The notes beneath the pieces were generated by a model that worked only from the letters and a program-made list of their open reading frames with translations, had not been told where the DNA came from and ran no database searches. Positions 12,826-25,602 of a DNA stretch of 64,000 bases are shown here, in pieces (positions within the stretch are counted from its first letter, which is position 1; each line of letters begins with the position of its first letter). Origin of the DNA: Octopus bimaculoides (Eukaryota); the NCBI RefSeq assembly GCF_001194135.2, contig NC_068984.1:99972023-100036022 (forward strand), written 5' to 3'. The translations under genes and the position numbers were made by a program.

Positions 12826-13437
12826 CTGTGTTTCTCAAGCATGTTTTGCCTATAGGCCCTTTTGATTCTTATTTTACTCTACTGGGCCCTCTTACCTAGT
12901 CAATATTTTTTTAAAATCCTATTATATTTATCATCATCATCATCATCATCATCATCGTTTAACGTCCGCTTTCCATGCTAGCATGAGTTGGACGATTTGA
13001 CTGAGGACTGGCAAGCCAGAAGGCTGCACCAGGCTCCAATCTGATCTGGCAGAGTTTCTACAGCTGGATGCCCTTCCTAACGCCAACCACTCTGAGAGTG
13101 TAGTGGGTGCTTTTACATGCCACCAGCACGAGTGGTACTGGCAACAACCTCGCTCGAATGATTTTCTAACGTGCCACTAGCACAAGTGCTAGAAGGCAAC
13201 ACTGGTAACGATTACACTCTAATGGTGCTATTTATGGGCCACTAGCATGGAAGCCAGACGGCTGCTCTGCCAATAAGCATGCTCGACAGTGCTGTTTTGC
13301 TTGGAATCATGCAAAAAAATATTGTTAAAATATTTCATATATTGTAGAAATATAACCAATTTATCGCACCTAAACTTTAACAACAAAATCTTATATGGAC
13401 CTTTAAGGGTCATATAGACTCCAGTTGAGAACCACTG
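12826..13437. mobile_element. hAT (Charlie/Buster-like) MITE interrupted by an RTE 3'-UTR copy (about 12931-13300, minus strand)
   Basis: Ends CTGTGTTTCTCAAG ... GTTGAGAACCACTG, with 8-bp flanks GTTTAGAT / ATTTAGAT (7/8, central TA). The internal (CAT)n-cgtttaacgtccgctttccatgc segment is the reverse complement of the RTE tail. Confidence 0.65.
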
Positions 13438-13717
13438 ATTTAGATGATATTGAGTAAGGGGTAGTGAAAAGAAAGGTATCTGGCTGAAAAATGCTGCATC
13501 AAATATGTTCTCATCCCACTCATGCTAGCTTAGGAAAATGGATGTTATATGAAGAAATCACTGAATGAATACTTTATTTCATTTAGTTTTAACTCTTATT
13601 ATCATCAGGTAATTTTATTTATCTTTTCTCTTTTGCTTGTTTCGGTCATTGGACTAAGGCTATGCTGGGGTACCACCTGGAAGATTTCTAGTCAAACAAG
13701 TCAACACTAGTACTTAA

Positions 13718-13933
13718 CCCCTTAGCATTCAGATTACTCTGTCAAATGTAATGCTTATTCATTCACATTGATTTGAATTAATTATACATTATCTCATAGC
13801 TTTGAGATTTCAAGGATGTGATTGTTTATGTTTTGAATGACATTGTTTGACAGGTGTGAGAGTCCAAATCTGGCCAGTTTGAACATAAAACAGGTAGAAA
13901 ATTTTGGACCAGGTATGGCCGGTTTAAATATGG
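13718..13933. mobile_element. piggyBac-type MITE (degenerate right end)
   Basis: TTAA-CCCCTTAGCATT at the left end; TTTAAATATGG-TTAA at the right end; ~216 bp. Confidence 0.5.
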
Positions 13934-14102
13934 TTAAGTCTAATATTTTATTGGTTTCTTTTTGCCACTAAAATATGGGGATGTAAATAAACCAACACTG
14001 ATTGTCAAGCAGTAGAGAAGGATAAATGCAGGCGGAAAGACAAACACATATGTACATATATATTTATATGTACATATATATATATATATATATATAATTT
14101 AT

Positions 14103-14292
14103 ATAAGGGCATTAACTATATAGTAATGCCTCACGCTTAGAGGGACTAAAAAGTCAAAAACTACCAAAAAATAAGCAACATGTTTACCGAAAGCGAGGGA
14201 ATGCAACTTTCAAAAATTAATCTCTTAAAAACATTTAACTTAACGGCAAACCACTGGTTTCTCAATTAATACAGCAAAGTTAATGCCCTTAT
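14103..14292. mobile_element. ~190-bp non-autonomous element with perfect 15-bp terminal inverted repeats, next to (TA)n
   Basis: ATAAGGGCATTAACT (14103-14117) is the exact reverse complement of AGTTAATGCCCTTAT (14278-14292). The right flank runs into an N gap. Confidence 0.6.
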
Positions 14293-14433
14293 NNNNNNNN
14301 NNNNNNNNNNNNNNNNNNNNNNNNNNNNNNNNNNNNNNNNNNNNNNNNNNNNNNNNNNNNNNNNNNNNNNNNNNNNNNNNNNNNNNNNNNNNNNNNNNNN
14401 NNNNNNNNNNNNNNNNNNNNNNNNNNNNNNNNN

Positions 14434-14486
<53 letters not shown>

Positions 14487-14612
14487 CATATATACATATA
14501 CATATATACATATATATATATACATATATATATACGGCTGAAACACATAAATAAATAAATATATATATATATATACCAGAGTAAGCAGCAGAAATATATG
14601 TGAGCAGATTTC

Positions 14613-14668
14613 TAACAAAACTGTCCGATGAACGGGAACGTGAAACTCAGAGTAACAGTTTTTTGTTA
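14613..14668 (+). ncRNA. Minimal type I hammerhead ribozyme motif (variant core CCGAUGA)
   Basis: Helix I AAAACTGT(14617-24)/ACAGTTTT(14655-62); core CCGATGA (14625-31); helix II ACG-GGAA-CGT; GAAA (14642-45); helix III ACTC-A-GAGT; predicted cleavage triplet GUA ending at 14654. Confidence 0.75.
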
Positions 14669-14692
14669 TATTTCTGCTGCTTTTAAATAAAG

Positions 14693-14723
<31 letters not shown>

Positions 14724-16758
14724 ACAACAAAACCACTCACAAACTTTGCTTGGTCCAGTGATATAATAGAAGACACTTGCCCAAGCTACCATGTTGCAGG
14801 ACTGAACCTAAAACCACTTAGTTGCAAAGTGAACTTCTGAACCACATCACCATACCTCTACCTGTATATTCATTTTGATATTTTGGTTATATTTTAACAA
14901 GCTATGTATTCATGAATGCCTATCCACAGCCTTACACTGCAAAAATTTTAAACAAGAATCTTCATTTCTAAACAAAAATAATGACATTCTTACCAACTCG
15001 ACCACTGTCACATGGTGCTTAATCGTCTGAATATTGATAATCCCATTAATCCTGTTGTTGTTGCCACTGTCATTGTTTGCTGAGTAAATCACATTTTAAT
15101 AAGTTTTAACAAAAATAAGGATTATCATGATTCAATGACAAAATCAAATAAAAGAATAATGTTCACAATAAAAGCTTTTCACTATTTTCCATAAGAAGGT
15201 TTTGTTTCTATTTCCTTAATTGATTCTTTTAATTGTTTAAGATTTTCTCCAAATTATTCAATGTTTGGTTTTAAATGATGGAACTGATGGTTCGATCTTC
15301 TAAGCATTTATTTCTCTTGTTGTTGGTTTTCAACATAGATTTATTATTGTTTTGATGGTTTTTAGCTATTTTACCTTAATTTGTTATAATATTAATGTTT
15401 GCTATTTATTTGTGTGTGTGTGTGTGTGCGTGTGTGCATGCGTGTGTGTATGTGTGCGTATGTGCATGCGTGTGTGTATGTGTGCATGGGTGCATGTGTG
15501 TGTGTATGTGTGCATGTGTGCATGCGTGTGTGTATGTGTGTCTGCATATCTGCAAATATGTGAGAGAGAGAGTGTGTGTGTGTGTGTACAAGTGTGTGTT
15601 TTGTATATATGTAAGTATGTGTGTGTGTGTGCCATTGTACATATGTAAGAATATGCATGCTGTATTTGTATTTGTTGTGTGTATCTGCAAATGTGAATGT
15701 GTGTCTATCTCTGCAACTGTATGTGTGTTAGTGTCTATGTGTCTCTAGATGACAAGGGCATGTGTAATTTTGTGTATGTGTGTATACGTATTTGTATGGA
15801 TATATCCCTACGTATACCAGAGTGTGTTTTGGTGAGTGTACAGATGTGTGTATTACTTAAAGTCTTGTGCTGACCAAGGATTTGCTTTATGGCATTTTCT
15901 TCATTGAAATTCCAATTGACAAATGCTGCCAGTTCAAATGTCAGAGTCTAGCAACAAGCTCTAAGTGATGGCTACATTTAACTGTGATAAATGAATAAAC
16001 ATAACAATTCTACTACATATATTAACTAATATCTGCTTTATTCAAAGCATAAATTTACCAAGACCTCATATAATTTATTTATATGTACACTCAGACATAT
16101 GCACACATACACATATATATAGTTATGTGTACACATATATACATACATGTACATGTATGAATGCATGTACATACATGCACATGGACACACACTCATGCAC
16201 ATTCATGCACACACTATTCAATCACTCTAGTTGAATAAGCAGTCAGGCAAATCTTAAAAAGTCCCAGTCGAAATGAATTTTATATTAAATTTTACTTCAA
16301 TTTTAATATTGAATATCTCCACCAGTAAATATTTTGTCTTTATTCCTAAAATTATTTCAAAATGATAACTTTCAATTAATGTTTGCAAACATATATATGG
16401 CTGTGTGGTAAGAAGTTTGCTTCCCAACTACATAGTTCTATGTTCATCCCCACTGTGTAGCTCCTTGGGCAAGTATCTTCTACTATATATGACCTCAGGT
16501 CAACTGAAGCCCTGTGAGCAGATTTGGTGGATGGAAACTGTCATATATATATATATATATANNNNNNNNNNNNNNNNNNNNNNNNNNNNNNNNNNNNNNN
16601 NNNNNNNNNNNNNNNNNNNNNNNNNNNNNNNNNNNNNNNNNNNNNNNNNNNNNNNNNNNNNNNNNNNNNNNNNNNNNNNNNNNNNNNNNNNNNNNNNNNN
16701 NNNNNNNNNNNNNNNNNNNNNNNNNNNNNNNNNNNNTATATATATATATATATTGTCA

Positions 16759-16929
16759 TGTCTGTGGAGAGTCATTATGTTTTAATGCCTTATTAATTAA
16801 CACACTCACCAGATTGATTTCCACTCATTTATCTATTTATAGAAAAAATAAATAAGTAAATGAGTGGAGATTGAACCAGTGAGTGTGTTAATTAACAAGG
16901 CATTAAAACAGAATGACTCTCCCTAGACA
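16759..16929. mobile_element. Palindromic (foldback) MITE, ~80-bp arms; right-arm-only copy at about 49925-50005
   Basis: tgtctgtggagagtcattatgttttaatgccttattaattaacacactcac... pairs with ...gtgagtgtgttaattaacaaggcattaaaacagaatgactctccctagaca. Confidence 0.75.
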
Positions 16930-17107
16930 CAACAAAATATGCTTCAACACACAAATTCACATAAAGAATCATGCAAACCAAATACAAAAACGAAGTGTGT
17001 GTATGTGTGTGTGTGATACATGTGTGTGTGTATATATATATATATATATTTGTGTATGTGTGTGTGTATATATATGTATGTATGTATGTATGAATTAACA
17101 CACTAGG

Positions 17108-17272
17108 TGCAGGAGTGGCTGTGTGGTAAATAGCATGCTTACCAACCTCATGGTTCCTGGTTCAGTCCCACTGCATGGCACCTTGGGCAAGTGTCTTCTA
17201 CTATAGCCTCGGGCTGACCGAAGCCTTGTGAGTGGATTTGGTAGATGGAAACTGAAAGAAGCTCATCATATA

Positions 17273-17365
<93 letters not shown>

Positions 17366-17592
17366 TTATATATGTGTATGTATGTGAGTGTGTTTGTGTG
17401 TCTGTGTTTGTCACCCAACATTCGCTTGCCAACTGAAGGTGGCATGTCTATGTCCCCGTAACTTAGCTGTTCAGCAAAAGAGCCTGATAGAATAAGTAGG
17501 CTTACAAAGAATCAGTCCTGGGGTCAATTTGTTGGATTAAATGCGGTGCTCCAGCATGGCCACAGTCAAAATGACTGAAACAAATAAAAGAA
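17108..17592 (+). mobile_element. Full-length family-B tRNA-derived SINE with expanded internal (TA)n/(TG)n
   Basis: A box GGAGTGGCTGTGTGGTAA, B box GGTTCAGTCCC (from 17159), CORE-like GGCACCTTGGGCAAGTGTCTT, 3' tail ATGACTGAAACAAATAAAAGAAT. Further partial copies at about 14720-14860(-), 16399-16540, 19770-19920(-), 22000-22140, 30295-30430, 32481-32832, 34055-34325, 50365-50520, 53570-53680 and 57800-57950. Resembles published Octopus OR-type SINEs; the exact family is not verified. Confidence 0.85.
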
Positions 17593-18324
17593 TATATATG
17601 TATATATACACAGACATGACAGAAGTAAATAGACACCCTTATAATCATTAAAATTTATTGAAATCTGAAATTATACATTCAAATTATTTATTAATTATTA
17701 TAATGTGAATATCTAAGCAGAGATGCCCTTTACATTTTTTAATGCAAGGTCCCTATTAGGCATGACACTGATCAAATGACAAATATTCTCTTGGGCTGGA
17801 TATGTCCCCTTTAAATGCTAAAAGAGTCAACTGCCAAGTTTTTCTTTTATAAGATGTCAGACATGCACTCGGCCATCTCATTCAAACAAAAAAATTGCAA
17901 CTGATTCAGCTAGATTTTGCCTTAACGTAATGATGTCACGCTCTTACACTCCTTTGTGAACTGAATATAGGCATGCAAAGGAACGTATAATTTTTATCTA
18001 CATATGTTCCGAAAATCTGAACTGCTTTAATCAAATTTTGATAGTGTCACGCTGTAATATGTAGAATTTTTAATGGTAATGATACTCATTAACATGAGTG
18101 CTTTTGGTGGTAGTGACATCTATAAATGGTGCTGTCTCAAGGCATGGGCACTCTGAGCAGTTACCTAGGGGCTTCATGGGTCAAGGGGATCCATTTTACT
18201 GTATTGCTGCCAATAAACTAATATTACAGACCCCAGTTCATTGCTCCTTTTTCCCAGGAGTTTATCATGTTGCTAAGACGACCCTGCCTCCAACCCATCA
18301 ACATATAATATTATCAGTAATCAT

Positions 18325-18546
18325 AAGGCAGTGAGCTGGCAGAAACGTTAGTACGCCAGACGAAATGCTTAGCGGTATTTTATCTGTCTTTATGTTCTGA
18401 GTTCAAATTCCGCCGAAGTTGACTTTGCCTTTCATCCTTTTAGGGTCAATAAATTAAGTACCAGTTCTGTACTGAGGTCGATCTAATCAACTGGCCCCCT
18501 CCCCCAAAATTTTGGGCCTTGTGCCTAGAGTAGAAAAGAATATTAT
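18325..18546 (+). mobile_element. Full-length family-A tRNA-derived SINE (reference copy)
   Basis: A-box-like GAGCTGGCAGAAACG, B box GAGTTCAAATTCC (18399-18411), central GACTTTGCCTTTCATCCTTT..GGGTCAATAAATTAAGTACCAG, and tail CCTTGTGCCTAGAGTAGAAAAG-(ATT). Other copies at about 3700-3900, 11070-11260, 11430-11600, 39370-39570, 43160-43297, 43828-43990, 46494-46701, 46969-47172, 58200-58410, 58446-58580 and 62660-62820. Confidence 0.85.
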
Positions 18547-19426
18547 CAATAGTAGTGACACCTATTTTCATGTGGTATTTCTATTGAACATCAGCCAAAA
18601 TATCCACAGTAGTCTTTTCATGTCTTTGGCAAACAGTTGATGAAATAGGCTATCCATTCAATAGTTTTCTGTTGTTGTCTTGCTCAAAGATGGTCAGAAC
18701 ATCCACTAGTTTCATTGAAGATATCCACAGCATGGCTCATAGCCATCCAACTTTATCAGCTATGTCTCAAAAATACAATTTCTGCATATACTGTTGGTCA
18801 ATTTTCAATTGCATTGCTAACAATAAGCTTTTTATATTTACTCCTCACAAAAGATCATAGTATGATGTAACCAAACGGTGATTAGCATTTTTTAATACTT
18901 AGCTAAAGTATGAAACTGATTATTAAAAAATGAAACAATTTTTTCCAGAATTATCTTACAGCAGGTGATAGTCATTTCTTGTGCCTTTTTAATGCTGTCA
19001 GTAATTGCATATCATGTTCTGCTAATTAAAATATTTATGCTTAAACTTACATGATATTTTTATTCATATATATTGTTTCAATAGTGACTGATCTTATAAA
19101 CAAAAAAATAGCACATAATCATCACTGTACTTCTGTTCTTTAATAAAGTGATTGGACAGCTTTCCGGCTGGTCAGCTCCTGTCAAACTGTCCAACCTATG
19201 CCAGCATGGAAAACGGACATTAAATGAAGATGATGATGTTACTCTATATACATTTACATGCACACACATAAATGTGTATGTACATATATATGAATATATA
19301 TGTTTGTATATGTGTATATGATATAGTTGTATATGCATATGTGGCTATGTGTGTTATCTGTGTGTGTATAAATACAGACACACACACACACATACACATA
19401 TATATATAGATAGATAGATATAAATA

Positions 19427-19477
<51 letters not shown>

Positions 19478-22400
19478 GTGTGTGTGTGTGTATGTACATA
19501 CATACATGTCTTCTTATAGCCCAGCGTATTTTAAGCCATTATGCTATTATTTATAGCTGATTTTGCTTTGAGCCATATTGTTAACAAACATTTATTTACA
19601 TTGTTCTCTATACTTTTACGTTGCATTCTAAATATAAACAAAATTTCTCACTGATAAGATTAAAACATTTAATTTGATGGAAGAAAGTAAAAGGAGTGTT
19701 TTAGTGCATTTGGTAACATGTTTATTAGAGTTACTGAGGATATATAGTTTGAGTCAGACAAGTACTTTCCTTCTTTTGTTCCTTCCAAGGAATTTTTAAA
19801 CTCTTATTTATGGCTGAATTTGCTTTGGGATAATAACCATTTGGTCTGAAGTTTGGTCCCACTGCACGGCCCCCTGGGTTGATCAAAGCCTTGTGAGCTG
19901 ATTTAGTAGACAGAAACGTGTGTGAGAGTGTGTACCTCTGTCTTGGCATCTCATTATGACTTTAATTAAGCAGCAGCACTATCATAAACAATGTCCTTTG
20001 TTTCCGGTCTTCTGTGAAAAATATGTCTTACCATGGGGAGTATGATGTTGCTTGGAAACAAGTGAGGTTTGGTGACTGGAATGATATATCAGAGTGTAGA
20101 AAATCTGCCTCAAAGAATTCTGTCAGACCTCTATGCAAGCTTGGAAAAGTAGACATTAAACAATGATGATGATAGATGTGTGTGTGTGAACAACATATTG
20201 CTACATATTCTGAAAGGAAACAACAGTTAAAATTCGATGATTGAAACCTTTGATGTCCTCATCTAAATATTTTCTCAGACAACATTCAACAGTTGTCCAA
20301 AATGTAAAACACAGCTTAATGGAACTGTGGAGGAAGTTAAAAAGAATGATCAAACAATAAAATGCTGTTCTGGTTAACGAGAAGATCAAAATGATTATGT
20401 CCAACCTAATTATGACAATTTGTTAGAAAATCTAAGCCAATGGTCTGTTGATAATTAAAACTATACTACACAGATGGTGTGGGAGACTTTGTAGTTCAAC
20501 TATGATCAAAGATCCTCAAAAGCAGTTTTGGAGGATCCAATTTCCAGACTTTGGTCAGTCATAATGTTTTCTTATTCTGCCTTGGTGGTTGAACGCCACT
20601 CTTTTATGAGTGGTTGGGTTCTGTTCTAAATTTTAAAATCATTTTAACCATATTTTTCTACATTTTTCTCCAACAATTTAACATATTATAATTGTTTATT
20701 TATTTACTTACTGAGTCTATAGAAAGAGGCTGTGTTTATGACCTTTGTAGTCCCTCTTAGACTGGTGGGCTTGGCCTCTTTAATGTTCCTATTAAATTGT
20801 TGCAGCTCAACCCCTTTGGGAAAACATGACTCACTTAAGCCCTTTACTCCCCATGCAACATAGGTCATCAATGAATTTTTTTCCACTGTTCTCAACTCTG
20901 AACTGTCTTTTCTGCATCTCACCTGTTGGATCCCTACTTTTTCCTTTCAGATTTTGTTGCACTATATCAGTGGTGTGTGGTGGTTGTTATCATTAGGTGT
21001 GCTGTCACACTGACTGTACTATGACTAACATAAGTGTTACTCCAATTAGACATACAAACTGTGTATTTCTACTCAAAATGCGGGATCTAGTGAAGGTACA
21101 AGATCAGCCAGGGCTCTACAGACAGAACTGTTATAGTAGCAAATCAGGGAGTTCCTAGAAATAGAGGTTGTTATTATTACTATCGGTAATAAGGTGGCAA
21201 TCTCAATAGTGTATGCGGGCCATAAGAAGCACCCATTACATACTGTAAAGTGGTGAGCATTTGGAAGAGTGTCCAGATACAGAAATAATGCTAAAGTAGA
21301 CACTGGAGCATGATGCAGTTCTTGAACTCATCGGGTCCTGTGAAACCATGCAATCCATACTGGCATGGAACATTAAATGATGATGATGATGATGATGATC
21401 TCCAATCTTGGAAGGCCTGCAAAGGTCAAGAACACTGCCTTTCCCTCTAGACTCAGTAAATTAAAAAAAAAAAAAAAAAAAAANNNNNNNNNNAAAAAAA
21501 AAAAAAAAAAAAACGAAGACATTTTATAGATCCCTTATTTTCAATAGTATTTATCTTCTGAAATATTATCAATTTGTATAACCTAATAAGGACAATTATC
21601 TAAGTAACAGAATTCCTTAATTAACATGCATCATTTAATACAGCTAATTACATGAGTAATGCAAGAATAGTATGATTGTTTGTTTAAAGTATCTAATTTC
21701 TGATTAGATCATGGATTGTTATGCCTTTCAGTCTTATACATTAGGTTTAAGTAGTAGCCTGAGTTGGGATTGGCTATTTTACAGAGCTCCCAACCCATAG
21801 AACAATTGAACAATACTAAGAATCTGGTAATGTTCAGGACGTGGTGTGTACTTTTCAAACAAATTCATGCCAATATGCTACAGTTGCCAATTATTTTCCA
21901 TGTTAATGCCATCACTGGTTAACATCTTTGGGTCATTGTGTTAGTGTCAAGTCTTCTTGTATAAATTACTATGCATAAGTGGACAGAGCTTGGTCAAATG
22001 GTTAAGAAGTTTGCTTTACAGTCACAAGGTTTTGGGTTCAAATACCACATGATATTGCGAGTAAGTATCTTTTTCTATTACTTCAGTTCTACTCAAGCCT
22101 TGTGAATGAAATCAGATGGTAACTGTGTGGAAGCCTGTCAGATGGATTGAATCTATAATCTTCTTCTCTTGCTTCAATTCTGCAACCTCATTCACATCAA
22201 TGTGATGTTGCCAGTCTTAGTCTTTCCTATTATTGTAGCTACATGAAGTGCTCTGATGAACTTTCTCTCTTGTCTGTGAGCCCCCTAGGACTAGCGGACC
22301 CAATGCTAATCAGTTAATGCTGGACCATGTATGTAAAGGTCTCAGTATATTTGCCTTGCCTGGGCCCTTTATTACTGTTTTGATCTGTGTTTCTCAAGCA

Positions 22401-22519
22401 TGTTTTGCCTATAGGCCCTTTTGATTCTTATTTTACTCTATTGAGCCCTCTTACCCAGTTAGTATTTTTTTATTATAGCTACATGAAGTGCTCTGATGAA
22501 CTTTCTCTCTTAGTTCCAG

Positions 22520-23930
22520 ATCCTTTTGTGCCACCTCACTTCACTTGAAACTCACAGCATTTTCATCCAAATGCTGTTGGGCATTTCATCCAAATAGTGT
22601 AGTTGTCTTTCTACATTTGTAAAACTTGCTCTGATCCACAGCTCACTTCATGTACTCACAACGCTTCATCAACAAAGAGGAAGTGGAAGCTTTAGTGAAA
22701 GAGTCTTCACCTTGAAGGACAAGAACAGATATCAGTGTAGGATCAAACAACTGGCAGTAAGATGGCTTAAGACAGTGCCACACGATGGCCTCCACTTTGA
22801 ATGCTAAGCTGCGTTTGTGGTAACTTGATGAATAAAGCAAACATTTTGCCAAATATTGCAAAACTTTTGACTCAACACAATATGTCATACTGTAGGAAGG
22901 GGATGCTAAAAGTGTGTGTGCAATAGAGTGAGAAAGAGATTCAAATGGATACTATGAATGCTTTCGTCACACATGCACGCACAACAATGAACTGTGAGTA
23001 TATGTGTGCAAGTGAGTGAGAGGTATGGGTATACGTGCACATATCATTAGTGTTTGCAAATAAGTGAGTGCTTGTGTATGGGTAGATACAGAAAATTCTT
23101 TTGTAACTATTATATTAATAACCATATTCCTAACTTATTTTGTAAAAGATGTATGATAGTATATCCTTAAGGTTGACTAAACCCCACCTTCAAATTTGAA
23201 GCTTTATGTCTATGTTTGAAACAAGTATTTTCAAGACATGAATGGCAAAAACAAAAGAGCACCATAAAATATATTATGGCATTTAATAACATCTCTTTGT
23301 GTTCATTAGAGTTATTCTCTGGGGCTTCTAAATTATGCAGCAAATCTAGATTGTGGGATCATCACAGTCCAGTTTTAAAAAATTGAAGTGACATGATGCT
23401 GGTGAGTTATGAGTGTAGTGATAATTATGTTGCAAGTGAGAAGTGTTAACTGCCGTGTCAACTGTTAACATGGAAACCGTGTGAGGCAATTGTTGTTGCT
23501 AGGCCTAACTCATCATAAAGCAGATACCATCATGAGTGATATCTAGGCTACAATGGATAAGGCGAGTTGCTAGATTTGGTTTAAAAAACATGATGAGCAA
23601 TGGCTTGAAGAATATTGAGTGAAACCTAGTAACCAGTTGAGATCCAGCAAGCAGGGCCTCATCTCAATCACGATGTTGTTGAGAGGAAGGCCCTGAAACT
23701 GTATACATTTTCTCCTGATGGCCCTATAAGTTTTCTACTATCTGACATGCAAAACTTTCAACTGGTAACATTTGCATCTGCAAGTTGTTTGTAAAAAATC
23801 GTAGAAGACATTGCATGTCAGAGGTGTCAATGTTAATGTTGAATCAGAGAGGAGATTGCAAATGAGAGGCATCCACTGGTTGTATGAACCATTAGCACTG
23901 AGTATCAGTGTAGTGAGAATATATAACTCC
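22520..23930 (-). mobile_element. Highly decayed CR1/L2-like LINE fragment (possible endonuclease-to-RT span)
   Basis: Minus strand about 22900-22600 gives frameshifted echoes of SKAFD.VW..LL.KL, VPQGS and NVEKT. The upstream part (23330-23930) is only suggestive. Confidence 0.35.
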
Positions 23931-24171
23931 CAATGAATATTGGTGACAATACAGAGAAATAGAGGGAAAGAATGCCAGATGAAATTCTACATACTTATTT
24001 TAAAAGACAAAAAATACTTGGAACGACCTCATTAAATTTATGTCTAGCATATTCTATATTGATAAAAATTAATTGGGTGAGACACAAATTTCTGTTAATT
24101 AAGAGCAAACAAATATGTGTTCATGCATGTATATATATATATATATATATATATATCAGTCTGTCTTTCTG

Positions 24172-24223
<52 letters not shown>

Positions 24224-24642
24224 TATACATACACACACACATATATATATATATATATTTATATATATGCAGTCATCTGTATGTTGGTTACATTTCAGAA
24301 TAGTAATGTATATGCATATATGTTTTCATGTGTGCCTAAACATATATGCATATACATTGCATGCGCACACACATATAGACATACAAGCATACACATACAT
24401 GAATGAGTGCATGCACACGCACACACTGAATGTTTTTATCATATGTTCTTCTTTAATCATGAAACTAGACATTATCAGTAGATTACCCATTGTGTGTGTG
24501 TATCTGTAATTCTGTGTACATGTGTGTATGGTTATGTGCATCATCATCATCATCATCATCATCATCGTTTAACGTCCGCTTTCCATGCTGGCATGGGTTG
24601 GACGAATGTATGTGTATATATATTTATATACATACATACATG

Positions 24643-24674
<32 letters not shown>

Positions 24675-24684
24675 NNNNNNNNNN

Positions 24685-24725
<41 letters not shown>

Positions 24726-25081
24726 CACATATATTGTATATATACACTCATAACTATATAATTTAATATCATATGCATAATAACCTTATAGCATGCTTTC
24801 CAATGTTCCTTTACAGGTATTGGCTACCATATGCTGTCATACAGGAATTCTGCTAATATCTACAGAATTTATATACAAATTTACTCCATCTTCTTGCATT
24901 AAGACTTATCATTATATATATGTGTTTGTGTGTGTGTATTTGTGTGTGTGTGTGTGTGTGTATAATGTGTGTATATATATATATACACACATTATACACA
25001 CACACATATATATATATATATATACAAAGTTAGTGTATATGTGCATGTATATCATAACATTGTATGCGTATATATGCATAC

Positions 25082-25114
<33 letters not shown>

Positions 25115-25602
25115 TGTATATCATCGTTTTAATGTTCCCTTTTCCATGCTTGTGGAAGTAGGATGGTATTTATTGAGGTTAATTTACAACAGTTGGATGC
25201 CTTTCTTCTCATCAATCCTTCCTTGCTTGATTCCAGGCAAGGCAATATTTCCTCATGGCCAGATGTTTTTCTCAGAATATTGGAAATGAATAACATTCAT
25301 TTACAACAATTATACGAGATGTCAAGATGAGGTGACACAAACATACACACACTTACACACACACACACGCAATTTTACATACACACATATGAAACCTAAA
25401 TATGTATGCATATATGTGTGTGTATGTACAATAGATAGATAAATACACACACACACACACACACACACATATAGTTTACTGTTCTGTTATAGGTAGGATC
25501 AACAGTAAAAGTTATTCCATCCAGAGAGAGGTAATTATCATTTGATATACACTGTATTTAAGAGCTACTAATAGTTTCATGGTGTGGAAACAAAATATAT
25601 GA

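Noticed and set aside
18125-18290. Possible small MITE with CTGTCTCAAGGC.. / ..GCTAAGACGACCCTG ends
   Set aside because: The inverted similarity is too weak to define ends or a TSD.
17108-18546. A/B-box sequences as tRNA genes
   Set aside because: No cloverleaf; they are SINE heads followed by SINE body and tail.
21463-21512. Long poly(A) suggesting a retrocopy tail
   Set aside because: Interrupted by a 10-N gap, so its length is unreliable, and no upstream coding retrocopy is recognisable.
22250-22270. CTGATGA inside the 36-bp duplicated sequence
   Set aside because: No helix II or GAAA follows; chance match.
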